DNA of 64,000 bases. It comes from Rhodospirillales bacterium (GTDB lineage: Bacteria; Pseudomonadota; Alphaproteobacteria; Bin95). The notes beneath the pieces are model-generated. The model searched no databases. It saw only the letters and a program-made list of their open reading frames with translations, and was not told where the DNA came from. The stretch is from assembly GCA_038143065.1 (NCBI GenBank), contig JAYQLI010000035.1, forward strand, positions 2,720,894 through 2,784,893, read 5' to 3'. Shown here piece after piece: positions 63,313 through 64,000 of the stretch; the stretch's first letter is position 1; the number at the start of each line of letters is the position of its first letter. A program made the position numbers and the translations under genes.

Positions 63313-64000
63313 ATGTCAAATTCCCCGTTAGTTCCAAGACCAGGCATAATGGATATAGCTCCATATGTTCCTGGTGAGGCTAAAATTTCTGGCCATTCTG
63401 AGCCTGCTCAGCTGGCAGCCAATGAAAATGCTCTTGGCCCTAGCCCCGCAGCCGTTGCAGCATATAATTCTGCTGCTAACTCACTCCATCGTTATCCAGA
63501 TGGCGGATCAACAGAGCTCACAAATGCAATTGGTGAGGTCCACGGCTTGGACCCTAAGCGAATTGTTTGTGGTGCAGGTTCAGACGAAATTTTAGCGCTT
63601 CTTGGCCGCGGTTATGTGGGGCTGGGCGATGAAACCCTCCACTCAGCCCATGGCTTTTTGATGTATCCAATCATCACAAAAAGTTTAGGTGCTACGCCTT
63701 TGCAAGCCCCGGAGACAGATTTAACCGCTAACGTAGATGCGTTACTTGCTTCGGTTACTCCTAAAACGAGAATAGTTTTTCTTGCTAATCCTAATAACCC
63801 GACGGGAACAATGTTACCTGCCGAGGAATTGAAGAGGCTGCGCAAGGGCTTAAATGACGATGTATTGTTAGTTATAGATGCTGCGTATGCAGAGTACGTT
63901 GATGACCCTCTCTACAGTGATGGGCGCGATTTAGTTGATGCTAATGATAACGTTGTAATGACTCGAACATTCTCAAAAATTTATGGCCTTGCAGCTCTGC
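63313..64000 (+). CDS. hisC: Histidinol-phosphate aminotransferase (runs off the window end)
   Basis: ATG at 63313: PRPGIMDIAPYVPG, LAANEN, RYPD, GSDE, ANPNNPTG, DAAYAEY, RTFSKIYGLA; not in the ORF track. Confidence 0.95.
   Translation, partial: MSNSPLVPRPGIMDIAPYVPGEAKISGHSEPAQLAANENALGPSPAAVAAYNSAANSLHRYPDGGSTELTNAIGEVHGLDPKRIVCGAGSDEILALLGRGYVGLGDETLHSAHGFLMYPIITKSLGATPLQAPETDLTANVDALLASVTPKTRIVFLANPNNPTGTMLPAEELKRLRKGLNDDVLLVIDAAYAEYVDDPLYSDGRDLVDANDNVVMTRTFSKIYGLAAL

Noticed and set aside
1-64000. tRNA, rRNA, CRISPR array, IS/integrase, prophage or defence genes
   Set aside because: No cloverleaf, spaced repeats or recombinase/nuclease motifs seen by eye; tRNAscan-SE, Infernal and CRISPR finders would confirm

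Overview
Gene-dense chromosomal window from an alphaproteobacterium. Gene order (carB-carA/yqeY-dnaG-rpoD, lysC-ptsP-rodZ-ispG-hisS-prfA-prmC-DUF4167, rpsU/def-COQ9, rplM-rpsI, chorismate mutase-hisC) is Rhodospirillales-like, probably an environmental genome. Housekeeping blocks alternate with catabolic and redox genes: five family III CoA-transferases, two GSTs, an LLM oxidoreductase, PhyH and TauD dioxygenases, FAH, RraA, VOC and a ComDE-like ThDP decarboxylase pair. About 16 single-base indels, mostly in short homopolymers and including essential genes (rpoD, hisS, ispG, rpsI), are most simply long-read consensus errors, so split ORFs are joined here. I found no tRNA, rRNA, CRISPR array, transposase or integrase. 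The most striking locus is 56091-61678: a tightly coupled tsaE-tsaB-tsaC-tsaD operon with non-canonical motif residues, followed by an Fe/2OG dioxygenase and divergent from a P-loop NTPase-homoserine O-acyltransferase pair. It is a candidate repurposed aminoacyl-carbamoyl-transfer (t6A-like) system. Also notable: four tandem CoA-transferases with one apparently non-catalytic subunit, an orphan nitrile/thiocyanate-hydrolase beta-like fragment coupled to TerC, and absence of ftsEX beside a ZitP-like gene. All calls come from motif recognition by eye; no database search was run.
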